Assembly (NCBI GenBank): GCA_049518775.1
Contig: JBEKRL010000004.1
Span: forward strand, 4,968-68,967
From: Candidatus Dormibacteria bacterium
Lineage (GTDB): Bacteria > Chloroflexota > Dormibacteria > Aeolococcales > Bog-877
Length of the DNA stretch: 64,000 nt
Reading direction: 5' to 3'
Part shown: positions 18,533-28,299 of the stretch, in pieces
Layout of the letters: every line of letters starts with the position of its first letter
Numbering within the stretch: the first letter of the stretch is position 1
Notes under the pieces: generated by a model
What the model was told of the DNA's origin: nothing
Database searches by the model: none
What the model saw: only the letters and a program-made list of their open reading frames with translations
Made by a program: the position numbers and the translations under genes

Positions 18533-20341
18533 TCAGGTCTGGGCGTGGCCAGCCATCCGGGCCAGCTCGATCTCAGCCAGCTCCGGCTCCAGCTTGCGAA
18601 AGAGCGGCGCCGGTTCCCTAAGGCGTTGTCCCGCAGCCAGCCGGCTGGGGGCCCAGCTCACCTCCGGCGTGTCGTAGTCGCCAGTCAGCGCCAGGTGGGG
18701 GTCGTCCGCGGGGCCAACCAGTTCCAGGCGCGGCATCGGGGCGATCACCCCCTCGCCCCCCAGCATCTGGTGCAGACGCTGGCAGCTGAAGGGCAGGAAG
18801 GGGAGCAGCTGCACCTTGAGGTTGTCGATGCAGTTGAGAGCCACGTAGAGCACCGTCGCGGCGCGCTCCCGGTCGCTGGAGACCAGCCGCCAGGGCTCGT
18901 TGTCAGCGAGGTACTGGTTGACCAGGGCCGCCAGACCCATCGCCTCCGCCAAGGCGGCTTTGAAGCGGGCTGCGTCCAGCAGCCTGCCCACCGAATCGAA
19001 GCCGGCATCCACCTGTCCGATCAGTGCCTGGTCGGCCTCGGTCAGCTCCGCCGCCTGGGGCACCTCCCCAAACTGGCGCTTGGCAATGGCGAGGGTCCGA
19101 TTGACCAGGTTGCCCCAGGTGGCCACCAGCTCGTCGTTGTTGCGGCGGATGAACTCGGCCCAGGTGAAGTCGGTGTCCTGGGTCTCGGGCCCGGCGGCGG
19201 TCAGGTAGTAGCGGAGCGAGTCCGGGTCGTAGCGGCTGAGGAAGTCGCGGACCTCGATGGAAATGCCCCGGCTGTTGGAGAATTTCTGGCCCTCCTGGGT
19301 CAGGAACTCGCTGCTGACTAGGTTCTCCGGCAGTACCAGCGGCAGGTTGGGTGGCCCGCCCCCCAACTCCCCGCCGCTGCCATAGCCGAGGAGCATGCTG
19401 GGCCAGATCACGCTGTGGAAGATGATGTTGTCCTTGCCCATGAAGTAGAAGTGGCTGGCCTCCGGGTTCTGCCACCAAGCCCGCCAGGCCTCGGGCTCAC
19501 CCCGGCCCAGGGCCCACTCCACACTGGCCGAGAGGTAGCCCACCACGGCGTCGAACCAGACGTAGATCAGCTTGTCATCCCGCTCGGCGAACTCCGGCAA
19601 GGGAATGCGAACCCCCCAGTCGATGTCCCTGGTGACCGCCCTGGGCTTGAGGTCGGCCACCACGTTGAGCGAGAAACTGCGCACGTTGCTGCGCCAGCCC
19701 GACTTGGACCCGATCCAGTCGGCGAGAGCCCCCGCGAAGGCGGGCAGATCCAGGAAGAAGTGCTCGGACTCCCGGAAGACCGGCGGCTCCCCGTCGATCC
19801 TCGAGCGGGGCTCGATCAGTTCGGTAGGGTCCAGCAGCCGGCCGCAGCTGTCGCACTGGTCGCCACGGGCGCCCTCGTAACCGCAGTGGGGGCAGGTACC
19901 CTCGATGTAACGGTCGGGCAGGGCCCGCCCGTTGGCGGCCGAGAAGGCGCCATGCTGGGCTTGGCGCAGGAGGTAGCCCCGGTCGTGCAGGGTCTTGAAG
20001 ACGTCTTGGACCACTCGGGCGTGGTTGGCGGTGGTGGTCCTGGTGAAGAGGTCGTAGCTGAGCCCGAGCCGGAGCAGGTCCTCGGCGATGACCTGGTTGT
20101 AGCGGTCGGCGATCTGGCGCGGGCTGATACCCTCCCGGTCGGCCGCGACCAGGATGGGGGTGCCGTGCTCGTCGGTACCGCTCACCATCAGCACCATCGC
20201 TCCCCGCAGCCGCTGATACCTGGCGAAGATGTCGGAGGGAACGCCGAACCCGGCGACGTGACCGATGTGGCGAGGCCCGCTGGCGTAGGGCCAGGCCACC
20301 GCGACCAGCACGTGAGCCGTGCCTGGGCGAGATGCACTCAA
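18533..20341 (-). CDS. metG: methionine--tRNA ligase
   Basis: HIGH motif (PRHIGHVAG), Zn knuckle CPHCG...CDSCG, KMSKS-position motif reads KFSNS; TTG start at 20341 inferred from N-terminal length (ORF open to 20410). Confidence 0.9.
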   Translation of the reverse strand: MSASRPGTAHVLVAVAWPYASGPRHIGHVAGFGVPSDIFARYQRLRGAMVLMVSGTDEHGTPILVAADREGISPRQIADRYNQVIAEDLLRLGLSYDLFTRTTTANHARVVQDVFKTLHDRGYLLRQAQHGAFSAANGRALPDRYIEGTCPHCGYEGARGDQCDSCGRLLDPTELIEPRSRIDGEPPVFRESEHFFLDLPAFAGALADWIGSKSGWRSNVRSFSLNVVADLKPRAVTRDIDWGVRIPLPEFAERDDKLIYVWFDAVVGYLSASVEWALGRGEPEAWRAWWQNPEASHFYFMGKDNIIFHSVIWPSMLLGYGSGGELGGGPPNLPLVLPENLVSSEFLTQEGQKFSNSRGISIEVRDFLSRYDPDSLRYYLTAAGPETQDTDFTWAEFIRRNNDELVATWGNLVNRTLAIAKRQFGEVPQAAELTEADQALIGQVDAGFDSVGRLLDAARFKAALAEAMGLAALVNQYLADNEPWRLVSSDRERAATVLYVALNCIDNLKVQLLPFLPFSCQRLHQMLGGEGVIAPMPRLELVGPADDPHLALTGDYDTPEVSWAPSRLAAGQRLREPAPLFRKLEPELAEIELARMAGHAQT

Positions 20342-20385
20342 GATCGGATCGATGGTAGCCGGTCGACTGTGAGTGAGGTGGAACA

Positions 20386-21474
20386 ATGGCACCCATGAAC
20401 AGGGACTCACGGGTGCTCTTGGTCATTGCCGACAGCTCCCGGAGCGGCGGGCCCGAGCATGTTCTGACCCTGGCCAGAGAGCTCTCAGCTGCCGGGTGGG
20501 CAGCACTGGTGGCCTGTCCGCCGGGCGAGCTCGTCGACCGCTGCGGCGGCGCGGGGATCGCCGTTGCCACCATCTCGGTGGGAGGCAGGAGCTGGGCTAC
20601 GGCTCCGATCCAGCTCCGCCAGCTGGCCCGGCAGTGGCGCGCGTCCGTCGTCCACAGCCACGGGCTGAGGGCTGGGGCCCTCCTCCGTCGGGCCCGGGCT
20701 CAGGCCCCCATGATCCACACCCACCACCTCGACGGATGGTTCGCCTCCGGTGCGGTCAGGCTCATGGTCCACCGCCACGAACTGCGCGCCCTGGGTCGGG
20801 CATCCAAGCTGCAGATCGCGGTCTCCAATGCGGTCGCCGCGTTCCTGATCGACGAGGTGGGGACCGACTCGCGCCGGGTCCGGGTGGTACCCAACGGCAT
20901 CGACCCGCTTCCATTGGTGCCCCGCGCCGCGCCGTCCGGACACCGCGTCGGCGTGCTGGCCAGCCTCACCCTCTCCAAGGGGATCGACACCGCGATTCTG
21001 GCGCTGGCCACCCCGGCCGGCCAGACCCTCTCCCTCTTCGTGGGGGGGACCGGGCCTGAGCTCTCGAGCCTGGCGGACCTCGCCTACACCGTCGGGGTAG
21101 CGGACCGCGTCAACTTCGTGGGGGAGGTTCGGGACCGGGAGAGGTTCTTCTCTGGCTGCGATCTGGCCTGGGTCCCATCGAGGGCCGAGCCGTTCGGCCT
21201 TTCCGCCTGCGAGGCGATGAGTTCAGGGTTGCCGGTGGTGGCCAGCCGGGTGGGCGGCCTGACGGAGATCCTGGATCCACCCCATGCCGGGCTGGTTGTC
21301 GGGGCCGGCAATCCCGCCGCCCTAGCCGCAGTCAGCTTGGCCCTGCTGGGCGACCCCGATCGGTACGCGGCCCTGAGCGCCGCCGGGGCGGAGCGCGCTC
21401 GCCAGCGCTTCTCGGCCGCTCGGATGGCGGCTCTCACCAGGGGGGTATACCGCGAGGTGATGGGCGTCCAATAG
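20386..21474 (+). CDS. glycosyltransferase family 4 (GT-B, EX7E motif)
   Basis: C-terminal [20 protein letters not shown] (E-X7-E) and GT4 architecture; divergent from metG. Confidence 0.8.
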   Translation: MAPMNRDSRVLLVIADSSRSGGPEHVLTLARELSAAGWAALVACPPGELVDRCGGAGIAVATISVGGRSWATAPIQLRQLARQWRASVVHSHGLRAGALLRRARAQAPMIHTHHLDGWFASGAVRLMVHRHELRALGRASKLQIAVSNAVAAFLIDEVGTDSRRVRVVPNGIDPLPLVPRAAPSGHRVGVLASLTLSKGIDTAILALATPAGQTLSLFVGGTGPELSSLADLAYTVGVADRVNFVGEVRDRERFFSGCDLAWVPSRAEPFGLSACEAMSSGLPVVASRVGGLTEILDPPHAGLVVGAGNPAALAAVSLALLGDPDRYAALSAAGAERARQRFSAARMAALTRGVYREVMGVQ

Positions 21475-21536
21475 AACAGCTCTGGGCCGGGGCGGCTGGA
21501 GCAGGGTGAGAATCACGGGCTCGGTCCAGGGCCGTG

Positions 21537-21570
21537 CCTCCCACTGCAACTTTGTGGTTGCAGTGGGAGG
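21537..21570. terminator. perfect 14-bp inverted repeat hairpin (CCTCCCACTGCAAC-tttgtg-GTTGCAGTGGGAGG); intrinsic-terminator-like or operator
   Basis: read directly; 60 bp downstream of GT4 stop and upstream of SRPBCC start; no U-tract (common for high-GC actinobacterial terminators). Confidence 0.4.
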
Positions 21571-21617
21571 CGAAAACGTGCCCTCTTTGGGCTGCAACTC
21601 TCCCCAGTCGCAGGGGC

Positions 21618-22070
21618 GTGCCTACGAGCGACGACCGCATTGAGCAGCAGGTCATCATCAATGCCAGCGCGGATCGGGTCTGGGACCTTTTGAGCCGGCC
21701 CGGCTGGTGGGCGCCGACCGAGGCCGACGCTCCGGTCGATCGAACGCCAGGCCACCAAGTCGTGCGGGAGAGCAAGGATTGGGGGCGATTCGCGGTCGAG
21801 GTTGTCGACATCAAGCCTCTGACCTATGTCGCCTTCCGGTGGGCGAGCCAGTTCTCGGGTGAGGAGCTCGGCTCAGGCAGGGCGACCCTGGTCGAGTTCC
21901 AGGTCGAGCCCACCAGCGGCGGGATCAGGGTGGCTGTGTTGGAAAGTGGGTTCGCGCCGTTGGATGCGCCGGAATCGGTACGCCGGGCGGCCCTCGACGG
22001 CAACGCCGGCGGGTGGGCCGAGGAGTTGCGCGGGCTCCGGGAGCGGGCCGAGCGGTTCCCGAGCCCCTGA
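21618..22070 (+). CDS. SRPBCC family protein (AHSA1/activator-of-Hsp90-ATPase-homolog-like)
   Basis: IEQQVIINASADRVWDLL...GWW motif pattern of AHSA1/SRPBCC; GTG 21618 chosen downstream of the hairpin (ORF open from 21534). Confidence 0.6.
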   Translation: MPTSDDRIEQQVIINASADRVWDLLSRPGWWAPTEADAPVDRTPGHQVVRESKDWGRFAVEVVDIKPLTYVAFRWASQFSGEELGSGRATLVEFQVEPTSGGIRVAVLESGFAPLDAPESVRRAALDGNAGGWAEELRGLRERAERFPSP

Positions 22071-22327
22071 GCCCGCACGCCGAAGCCGAGGTCGCTCAGG
22101 TCTTTGTGGCTCTCGCCGATCCCACTCGGCGCCGGCTGCCGCGCGGACACTGGAGAGGTGATGCCTTAGGACATGGTCACCTCGTTTCCGGGCCGGCGAT
22201 GACGGCGTCCAGCTCGAACTGAGCAAGGGCGAACAACGTGCAGCAGGCAGAGGCCGACGGGCGACTCAGCCCGCCCGGCTCCAGCTCAGCCGGCCGGCTG
22301 CGCTGACAACCCCTTCGCGGGCTCGAG

Positions 22328-22822
22328 CTAGGTGTCGGGGTCCGGGGGTCCCAGGCCGCTGCCAACGAAGGCACTCAGAACATCCACGAGGATGTCCCTC
22401 TGGGATGCATCCAGCTCCTGCCCGAGACGCCTCAGGGAGCGTCTCCGCCAGCCGCGATACACCTCCAGGGCGCGGGCCGCCCGTGGGGTTGGCGCCAGCC
22501 AGACGGTGCGCCGGTCCTGGGGATCGTCCCGGCGCTCAACCAGCCCCTGGCGGATCATCCGGTTGGCCATGGCGGTCGCCGCCGCTCCGGTGATCCCCAT
22601 CGACGCCGCAAACCGCCGCATGGGCATGCCTTCCGGAGGCAGGCAGCCAACCGCTTCGAGCTGGCGCCAGGTGACCGATCCGAGCTGGCGGCTGACATTG
22701 TGCGGAAGGGGCCTGTCCAGGACCGACCGGAGCTGCGGCTGGAGCTTCAGCATCCGTTCCACGAAGTCGTCAACTGGTGCAGTGTCCCTATCCCCAGGCC
22801 CATCGCCCGGCTGAAGGTTCAC
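22328..22822 (-). CDS. MarR family transcriptional regulator
   Basis: MarR wHTH (MRRFAASMGITGAAATAMANRMIRQGLVER); GTG start. Confidence 0.7.
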   Translation of the reverse strand: MNLQPGDGPGDRDTAPVDDFVERMLKLQPQLRSVLDRPLPHNVSRQLGSVTWRQLEAVGCLPPEGMPMRRFAASMGITGAAATAMANRMIRQGLVERRDDPQDRRTVWLAPTPRAARALEVYRGWRRRSLRRLGQELDASQRDILVDVLSAFVGSGLGPPDPDT

Positions 22823-22851
22823 GCAGTGAATTATGTGACTGTCAGAGTCAC
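22818..22851. promoter_or_regulatory. two adjacent perfect palindromes at MarR start (TTCAC-GCA-GTGAA and GTGACT-GTCAG-AGTCAC): candidate autoregulatory operator
   Basis: read directly; first palindrome overlaps GTG start codon of MarR 22328-22822, second lies 13 bp upstream. Confidence 0.35.
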
Positions 22852-23006
22852 CGGGCAGTTCCCGGCCGGTTTCGTCGGGGATGGCGGAGATCTGCGCCCC
22901 GCGCCTTCGCTGCGGTGCGGGGGCAGCTGCGGTGGTGCCCGCCGTCCGCCGGGCGGCCCGCTGATCGCGATGAAACCGAGTCGGGAGACGGCCCGTTTAA
23001 CCGGAC

Positions 23007-23309
23007 GTGCCTCTCAGCGCCGACCGCTCCCGTTTGGCCGATGGCCTGGACCGCTGTCATGAGGCGGCGGTGCTCCTGAACACCGCGCTGACCGACCTGT
23101 CAGACGCCGAGGCCAGGGAGCTCGCCCTCGACGCCGTGGCGGCGGTGGCCCGGCTGGAGCGGCGGCTTCAGCTCCTCGCGGAGGCCTTCCGAATCGCCGA
23201 GAGCTTCCTCGCCGCCGACCAGTTCCTGGTGTCGGGCGCCGACACGGACGAGCAGGAGCCGGTGGCCTCGGTCCTGGGCCGACCCGCCCGCATCGGAAGC
23301 TCCGACTAG
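23007..23309 (+). CDS. hypothetical small protein (weak call), divergent from MarR
   Basis: 100-aa ORF with helical Ala/Leu/Glu-rich composition in MarR divergent position; no recognisable family. Confidence 0.25.
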   Translation: MPLSADRSRLADGLDRCHEAAVLLNTALTDLSDAEARELALDAVAAVARLERRLQLLAEAFRIAESFLAADQFLVSGADTDEQEPVASVLGRPARIGSSD

Positions 23310-23326
23310 CGCTCGCCCCTGGCCGC

Positions 23327-23929
23327 CTACTCCTTGGAGGACGGGTAGTAGGGGTTGGTGCCCTCGGCGTGATCGGTGGTATCGACCACCTCGACGATCT
23401 CCTCGAAGCGCTCCAGGATGGCGGTCCGCACTCCCTGGGACAAGGTGGTCTCGGCGAGGCCGCAGCCCTGGCAGCCGCCCCCCATCTGCACGTAGGCGAC
23501 GCCATCGGCGATGTCGAGCAGACCGATGTAGCCGCCGTGGCCGGCCACCGCCGGGTTGATCTCCTGATCGAGCATGCGCTGGACCGCCTGGGCCAGGGGA
23601 TCCTCATCGGGGTCGTAACCGGTCTCCAGACTGAGCGCTCCGGAGATCGGGTCGGCCTCCACGCGGGAGCCGACCACATGGCGGGTGATGACCCGAGGAG
23701 CCACGAAGAAGATGTCGGGTGCCCCCTCCACCAGCACCTCCTCCGGCTTCAGCCCGCCCGCCTCAACCAGATCGAAGTTGAAGGTCAGCCGCTCGCCCTG
23801 GAGTAACCCCGGGGTCACCGAGACCCATGCCTCGGGGTGCCCCTGGCGCGCTCGGAAGCTCCGGATCCGGGCCGCGGCCCGCTCACTCAGCTGAAGCCGG
23901 GGCACGTCCCCCCTGGTCTTGGTCTCCAC
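23327..23929 (-). CDS. NfuA-like Fe-S cluster biogenesis protein (degenerate A-type carrier domain + Nfu domain)
   Basis: C-terminal Nfu motif GGGCQGCGLAETTL; N-terminal HesB/IscA-like fold lacking Cys; GTG start 23929 inferred (ORF open to 24091). Confidence 0.75.
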   Translation of the reverse strand: METKTRGDVPRLQLSERAAARIRSFRARQGHPEAWVSVTPGLLQGERLTFNFDLVEAGGLKPEEVLVEGAPDIFFVAPRVITRHVVGSRVEADPISGALSLETGYDPDEDPLAQAVQRMLDQEINPAVAGHGGYIGLLDIADGVAYVQMGGGCQGCGLAETTLSQGVRTAILERFEEIVEVVDTTDHAEGTNPYYPSSKE

Positions 23930-24120
23930 TTGTCCCAGTCTGACGCGACGGGCTGGAGAGTGCCTGTGGCGCGCCGCTCGGTGGGCGGGGGATCCGCGAT
24001 CCAGCCCGGTCATCGATGCGGTCGAGGCAGCGGCCGTCCGCGGAGGCCTGAGGCCGCTTGTCGTCGCCTGGCAGGACTCGACCCCGCCCACCGGGCGGGG
24101 GCTGGAGGGACTAGCCGGGC

Positions 24121-24975
24121 GTGACCGTCACTTCGTCCGCCGGCCGGCCGGCCGACGCGTCCGCGCCCCGCCAGGCGAAGGCCGAGCTCCTCGACCAGCT
24201 GACGCTGGGGGTGTTGGAGCTCACGTCATCCGCGGCCTGGGCCCGGTGGCTGCAGGTGAGCCGCCGCTTCCACCGCTACAGCTTCCCGAACCAGATCCTG
24301 ATCCTGAGCCAGCGCCCAGATGCCACCTGGGTGGCCGGGTATCGGGCCTGGGTCCGGCTGGGCCGGCAGGTGCGCCAGGGGGAGAGGGCGATTCGAATCC
24401 TGGCTCCGTGCCTGGTCGTCCCGGAACCGGCGGAGGGAGAGGGGCCGCCGTCCCCCACCCTGCTCGGGTTCCGAGTTGCCCACGTGTTCGACCTGGCCCA
24501 GACCGCCGGAGAGGAGCTTCCCCAGCCGGTGCGGACCCTCACCGGGCCGGGTTCGCCGGACCAGCTCGGCAAGCTGGCCCGGCACGCCGTGGATCTGGGG
24601 TTCGACCTTCAGTTCAAGGCTCTCCGGGGCGCCAGGCACGGGGACTGCTCCCACGCCCTGCGGCGGATCCGGGTCAGCAGCGAGCTGGCCCCGGCCCACC
24701 AGCTGAAGACGCTGGCCCACGAACTGGCCCATGCGATCCTCCACGGGCCCGAGTTCCAGGGCTCCAGGGCACTGGCGGAGCTGGAGGCCGAGAGCGTCGC
24801 CTATGTGGTCTGCCAGGCGTTGGGGGTGGAGAGCCGAGACTACAGCTTCGGCTACCTGGCCACCTGGTCGGGAGGCGGTCCGGAGGCGGCACGGCTGGTG
24901 ATCGCCGCCGGAGGGCGAATACTGAAGGCCGCCTCCTCGATCCTGGATGCGAAGGACGACCAACCGGCACCCTGA
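24121..24975 (+). CDS. ArdC-like antirestriction protein: N-terminal ssDNA-binding domain (DUF1738) + C-terminal zincin metallopeptidase (HEXXH)
   Basis: N-terminal QILILSQRPDATWVAGYRAWVRLGRQVRQGERAIRILAP matches ArdC-N pattern; C-terminal HELAHAILH HEXXH motif. Confidence 0.7.
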   Translation: MTVTSSAGRPADASAPRQAKAELLDQLTLGVLELTSSAAWARWLQVSRRFHRYSFPNQILILSQRPDATWVAGYRAWVRLGRQVRQGERAIRILAPCLVVPEPAEGEGPPSPTLLGFRVAHVFDLAQTAGEELPQPVRTLTGPGSPDQLGKLARHAVDLGFDLQFKALRGARHGDCSHALRRIRVSSELAPAHQLKTLAHELAHAILHGPEFQGSRALAELEAESVAYVVCQALGVESRDYSFGYLATWSGGGPEAARLVIAAGGRILKAASSILDAKDDQPAP

Positions 24976-25030
24976 GGGGACCCAAGCCCCCGTCGCGGCC
25001 ACTCCAGCGCGGGCGCGCTCCGACCCGGCC

Positions 25031-25059
25031 TTGACAAAATGAGCCGCCACTCATAGGGT
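25031..25059 (+). promoter_or_regulatory. candidate sigma70/SigA-type promoter for XRE gene (TTGACA - 17 nt - TAGGGT)
   Basis: perfect -35 TTGACA at 25031-25036, 17-nt spacer, TAnnnT -10 at 25054-25059, 28 nt upstream of GTG 25088. Confidence 0.3.
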
Positions 25060-25087
25060 CGGAGGCGGAATCAGGGGGTGATCAGGG

Positions 25088-25414
25088 GTGTCCAGCAGCA
25101 ACTTCGACGTCTTGTTCCCGGAGGTGGAGGTTGAGGTCTCCGACCCAGGCCTTGCTGCCTTCCGCGACCAGGATGCCATGCGGGTCAAGTCACGCCTCAT
25201 CGAGCTCGTCCTGGTGCGGCGCTTGGAGCTGGGGCTGACCCAGGAGCAGCTGTCACAGCGCTCGGGCGTGGCCCAGACGGAGATCAGCCGGATAGAGCGG
25301 GGCCGAAAGACCCCCAACCTGGACACCTACGCGCGGCTGGCCGCGGCGCTCAACTTGGATCTGATCGCGAGGAGACCACAACGGGTGGCCAGCCGGCGGC
25401 GGCCGCGCGTCTGA
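25088..25414 (+). CDS. XRE family helix-turn-helix transcriptional regulator
   Basis: HTH_3/XRE motif LGLTQEQLSQRSGVAQTEISRIERGRKTPNLDTYARLAAAL. Confidence 0.7.
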   Translation: MSSSNFDVLFPEVEVEVSDPGLAAFRDQDAMRVKSRLIELVLVRRLELGLTQEQLSQRSGVAQTEISRIERGRKTPNLDTYARLAAALNLDLIARRPQRVASRRRPRV

Positions 25415-25810
25415 GGCCGGTCGCCGCTCTCACACGAGACTTGAGCATCCTCAGCTCGGTGCCAGCGCCTGCGAACAACCCGCGCCGGCGCGCATTCCCA
25501 GCGCGTTCCTCGTCGCGATGCGTCGGGCGACCGTCGCCGCCGGGATGAGGCAAACCGCAGCGGCTGGCGCGACCATCCGTCCGGGTGGTCTCCACGCCCT
25601 CACCGAGAGTGAGGAGGATCCTCATGCCGATCGGCCGTCTCCGCCGGGACGACGGAGTCGGGACCACGACGCCATTCCCAGGGGGTCTGGTTCAGGGGCC
25701 GGCAGCTGCGGTCAGGGCAGCCCGCCTCTTGGCGGCCGGCACCATCGCTTGGACAAGGCTCAGGCTACAGTTTGGCTCTGAAGCAGCGCGAAGGGCGAGA
25801 CGGCAACCCG

Positions 25811-26359
25811 ATGAAGGCGCTCCATGTTGCCGATGGCAGCGAATGGCGCGCGTGGTTGGTGAGCAACGCCAAGACCTCCGAGGGGGTCTGGCTGCTCTAC
25901 TACAAGAAGAGTTCGGGAAAGCAGCGGATTCCCTATGAGGACGCCCTCGACGAAGCTCTCTGCTTCGGCTGGATTGACAGCAAGATCAGAAAGGTCGACG
26001 AAGCCAGCTACGCGCAGCGGTTCACGCCCCGCAAACCCAGCAGTCGCTGGTCAGCCTCGAACGTTCGGCGCATGGAGAGACTGATCCGAGACGGGAGGAT
26101 GACCCAGGCCGGGATGGATGCCTTCGCGTCTCACCAGACCCGGAGGGCCCCACCCCTGCCAACCCAGCTCCCGCGAGGCCAGGAGGATAGATTTAAGGCG
26201 CAGACTGCGGCGTGGGGCAACTTCGAGCGCCTCTCTCCCTCGTACCGGCGCCTGGCCATCGCCTGGGTCGCCGGCGCCAAGAAGGAAGAGACTCAGATCA
26301 AACGCCTCAATCAGCTCGTCGAGTCCTCAGCAGCCAACAAACGCCTCGAGTTCATGTAG
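25811..26359 (+). CDS. YdeI/OmpD-associated (OmdA/DUF1905-like) family protein
   Basis: W..WL..N......WLLYYKK......IPYEDALDEALCFGWIDS..RK.D......RFTPRK..S.WS..N pattern; ATG 25811; local GC (~60%) lower than flanks. Confidence 0.6.
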   Translation: MKALHVADGSEWRAWLVSNAKTSEGVWLLYYKKSSGKQRIPYEDALDEALCFGWIDSKIRKVDEASYAQRFTPRKPSSRWSASNVRRMERLIRDGRMTQAGMDAFASHQTRRAPPLPTQLPRGQEDRFKAQTAAWGNFERLSPSYRRLAIAWVAGAKKEETQIKRLNQLVESSAANKRLEFM

Positions 26360-26444
26360 CCGATCTCACGCTGGGTCCCCTTGGAATCCGGCGGCAGGGG
26401 GCCGGGGCTCAGTCACTCCAGGGGGCCGGGCTCAGCGGTCGATC

Positions 26445-27539
26445 TCAGCTCTGGAGCAGACGGCGAACCTCGCGGGCGATCTCCAGGTCCTCTCGGCTCT
26501 CTATGACCATGGTCGAGGCCGGCGCGTCCGCCGCACCGATCTGCCGGTCCCCTATCCCGGATCGGTTGCCCTCGGGGTCGATGTGGATGCCCAGAAAGCC
26601 CAGACCGTCGCAGCACTCGCCCCGGATTCGCGGGGAATTCTCCCCCACCCCGCCGGCGAACACCAGAGCGTCGAGCCCGCCCATGGCCGAGGCCATGGCT
26701 GCCACCCCGGCGCGCAGGCGGTGCAGATAGACGCCGATCGCCAGAGCGGCGGCGGGGTCACCGGAATCGCGCCTGCTCAGAAGCACCCGGATGTCGGCGC
26801 TGCCGCCCAGGCCGAGCAGCCCGGATCGGTACTCAAGGGTTGCCGCGAGTTCGGCGGGAGCCATCCCCACGTGCTCCTCGAGCCAGAGCACCAGGCCGGG
26901 ATCGACGTTGCCACATCGCGTCGCCATCACCAGGCCTTCGAGTGGCGTGAACCCCATCGTGGTGTCGACGGAACGGCCATCTGCGACCGCACACAGGGAA
27001 GCTCCGGCCCCAAGGTGGCAGGTGACCAGGCGAAGCCCCTTCGCCGGGCGCCCGAGGATGGCGGCAGCCTGTCGGGAGAGGTAGGCGTGTGATAGCCCGT
27101 GAAAGCCGTAGCGGCGCAGATTCCAGCGCTCGCGCCACGCCCGGGGCAGGGCATAAGAGGCCGCCGCGTCGGGCATGGTGACGTGAAAGGCAGTGTCGAA
27201 GCAGGCCACCGCCGGCACTCCGGGGAGGGCCGCCTTGGCGGCATCGACACCGGCAATCGACTTCGGCTGATGGAGGGGAGCGAGTTCCGTCAGGGCCCTC
27301 AGCCGCCGCTCGACCTCCGGCCCGAGCCGCACTGCAGCGGTGAACTCGGTGCCGCCGTGCACGATCCGGTGTCCGACCGCGTCGATGGGACCCAGACCGC
27401 GGATCTCCTCCTCCACCGCCGAGAGGGCGGCCGCTTCATCGAACGCCGCCAGGTCCTTGGCCGCGGAGACGGTGTCGTCCGTCTCCACTACTCGAAGCTT
27501 GAGGCTGCTCGATCCGGCGTTGACAACTAGGACACGCAC
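26445..27539 (-). CDS. ackA: acetate kinase
   Basis: N-terminal VLVVNAGSSSLK, acetate/propionate kinase motifs; GTG 27539 with GGAGAG RBS (ORF open to 27710). Confidence 0.85.
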   Translation of the reverse strand: MRVLVVNAGSSSLKLRVVETDDTVSAAKDLAAFDEAAALSAVEEEIRGLGPIDAVGHRIVHGGTEFTAAVRLGPEVERRLRALTELAPLHQPKSIAGVDAAKAALPGVPAVACFDTAFHVTMPDAAASYALPRAWRERWNLRRYGFHGLSHAYLSRQAAAILGRPAKGLRLVTCHLGAGASLCAVADGRSVDTTMGFTPLEGLVMATRCGNVDPGLVLWLEEHVGMAPAELAATLEYRSGLLGLGGSADIRVLLSRRDSGDPAAALAIGVYLHRLRAGVAAMASAMGGLDALVFAGGVGENSPRIRGECCDGLGFLGIHIDPEGNRSGIGDRQIGAADAPASTMVIESREDLEIAREVRRLLQS

Positions 27540-28215
27540 TGTCTCTCCGCGGCCGGCCCCTTCCCGGCGCGAAAGTCGAGAGGGCCTACACCCTGCTCGC
27601 GAAAGTGGAGGCGGCAGTCGAGCCCCCCGTCGATAGTCGTCTGACGGAGATGACCCTGCCCGGCGAGCGACCTCGGCCTGCCACCGGCGGCGTCGATGAT
27701 GAGGTCGCAACGGTCGAGGTCGTTCGCTAGCACTGGGTCAAACCGAGCGTGGTGGTGCATTCTTCCCGGCAACCGCTGACCTGGGGGTTGAGCCGTCGCC
27801 GCCTCGAATTGGGCCGACGAGGAGGGAATGGTAGTGCATGCCGGCGCATGACGGGTCTCCGGGGGGCACCGCTTCCGGTTACCTGGGCGCCCTGCCTGCG
27901 GTGAGGGAATGATTCTCACCGCGGAGGTAGGAGTCGATCGGGAGTCGGTGCCCGCTTGCCCGGGGCACGCCGCCGAGGCCTGGGCGTGCACCTCGTGGGG
28001 CCATGGGAGCGTCACCACCGCACGTCTGAAGGCCAGGCCGCAGCCGCCCGTTGTCCCCGCTGATCTGGGTAATCTTGCCCCGCGTGTCCGCCAGGTCCGT
28101 CCGAGGATTCCAGCCGCTGGCGGGAGTCGACGAGGAACCAGGGCCTCACCACCGCCTCCGGGACAATCCCCAAGCCGCGCATCACAAGGTGTTCAACGCT
28201 GGAGGTCAGGTGAGC

Positions 28216-28252
28216 TGGGCAGCGCCATTAGGCCCGGCCCAACGGCGCTGCC
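28216..28252 (-). terminator. GC-rich hairpin immediately downstream of NCS1 permease gene (terminator-like, no U-tract)
   Basis: GGGCAGCGCC - 17 nt loop - GGCGCTGCCC perfect 10-bp stem, flanked by second complementary pair AGGTGA/TCACCT; 45 bp from stop codon at 28300. Confidence 0.35.
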
Positions 28253-28299
28253 CGCAACGATCAGGATTCTCGCGTCACCTCAGCTTGTTGGTATTGCCG

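Noticed and set aside
17486-19321. 611-aa plus-strand ORF spanning the J-domain gene and metG
   Set aside because: Antisense to two recognisable genes; translation is Gly/Pro/Arg-rich and lacks motifs.
23014-23679. 221-aa minus ORF overlapping hypothetical 23007-23309 and the nfuA-like gene
   Set aside because: Pro/Arg/Ala low-complexity shadow; Nfu motif reading frame is the other one (23327-23929).
28190-28260. Possible SRP (4.5S) RNA because of GGUCAGGU-like string
   Set aside because: Conserved domain-IV motif (AGGUCCGGAAGGAAGCAGC) not present; hairpin better explained as terminator-like structure after NCS1 gene.
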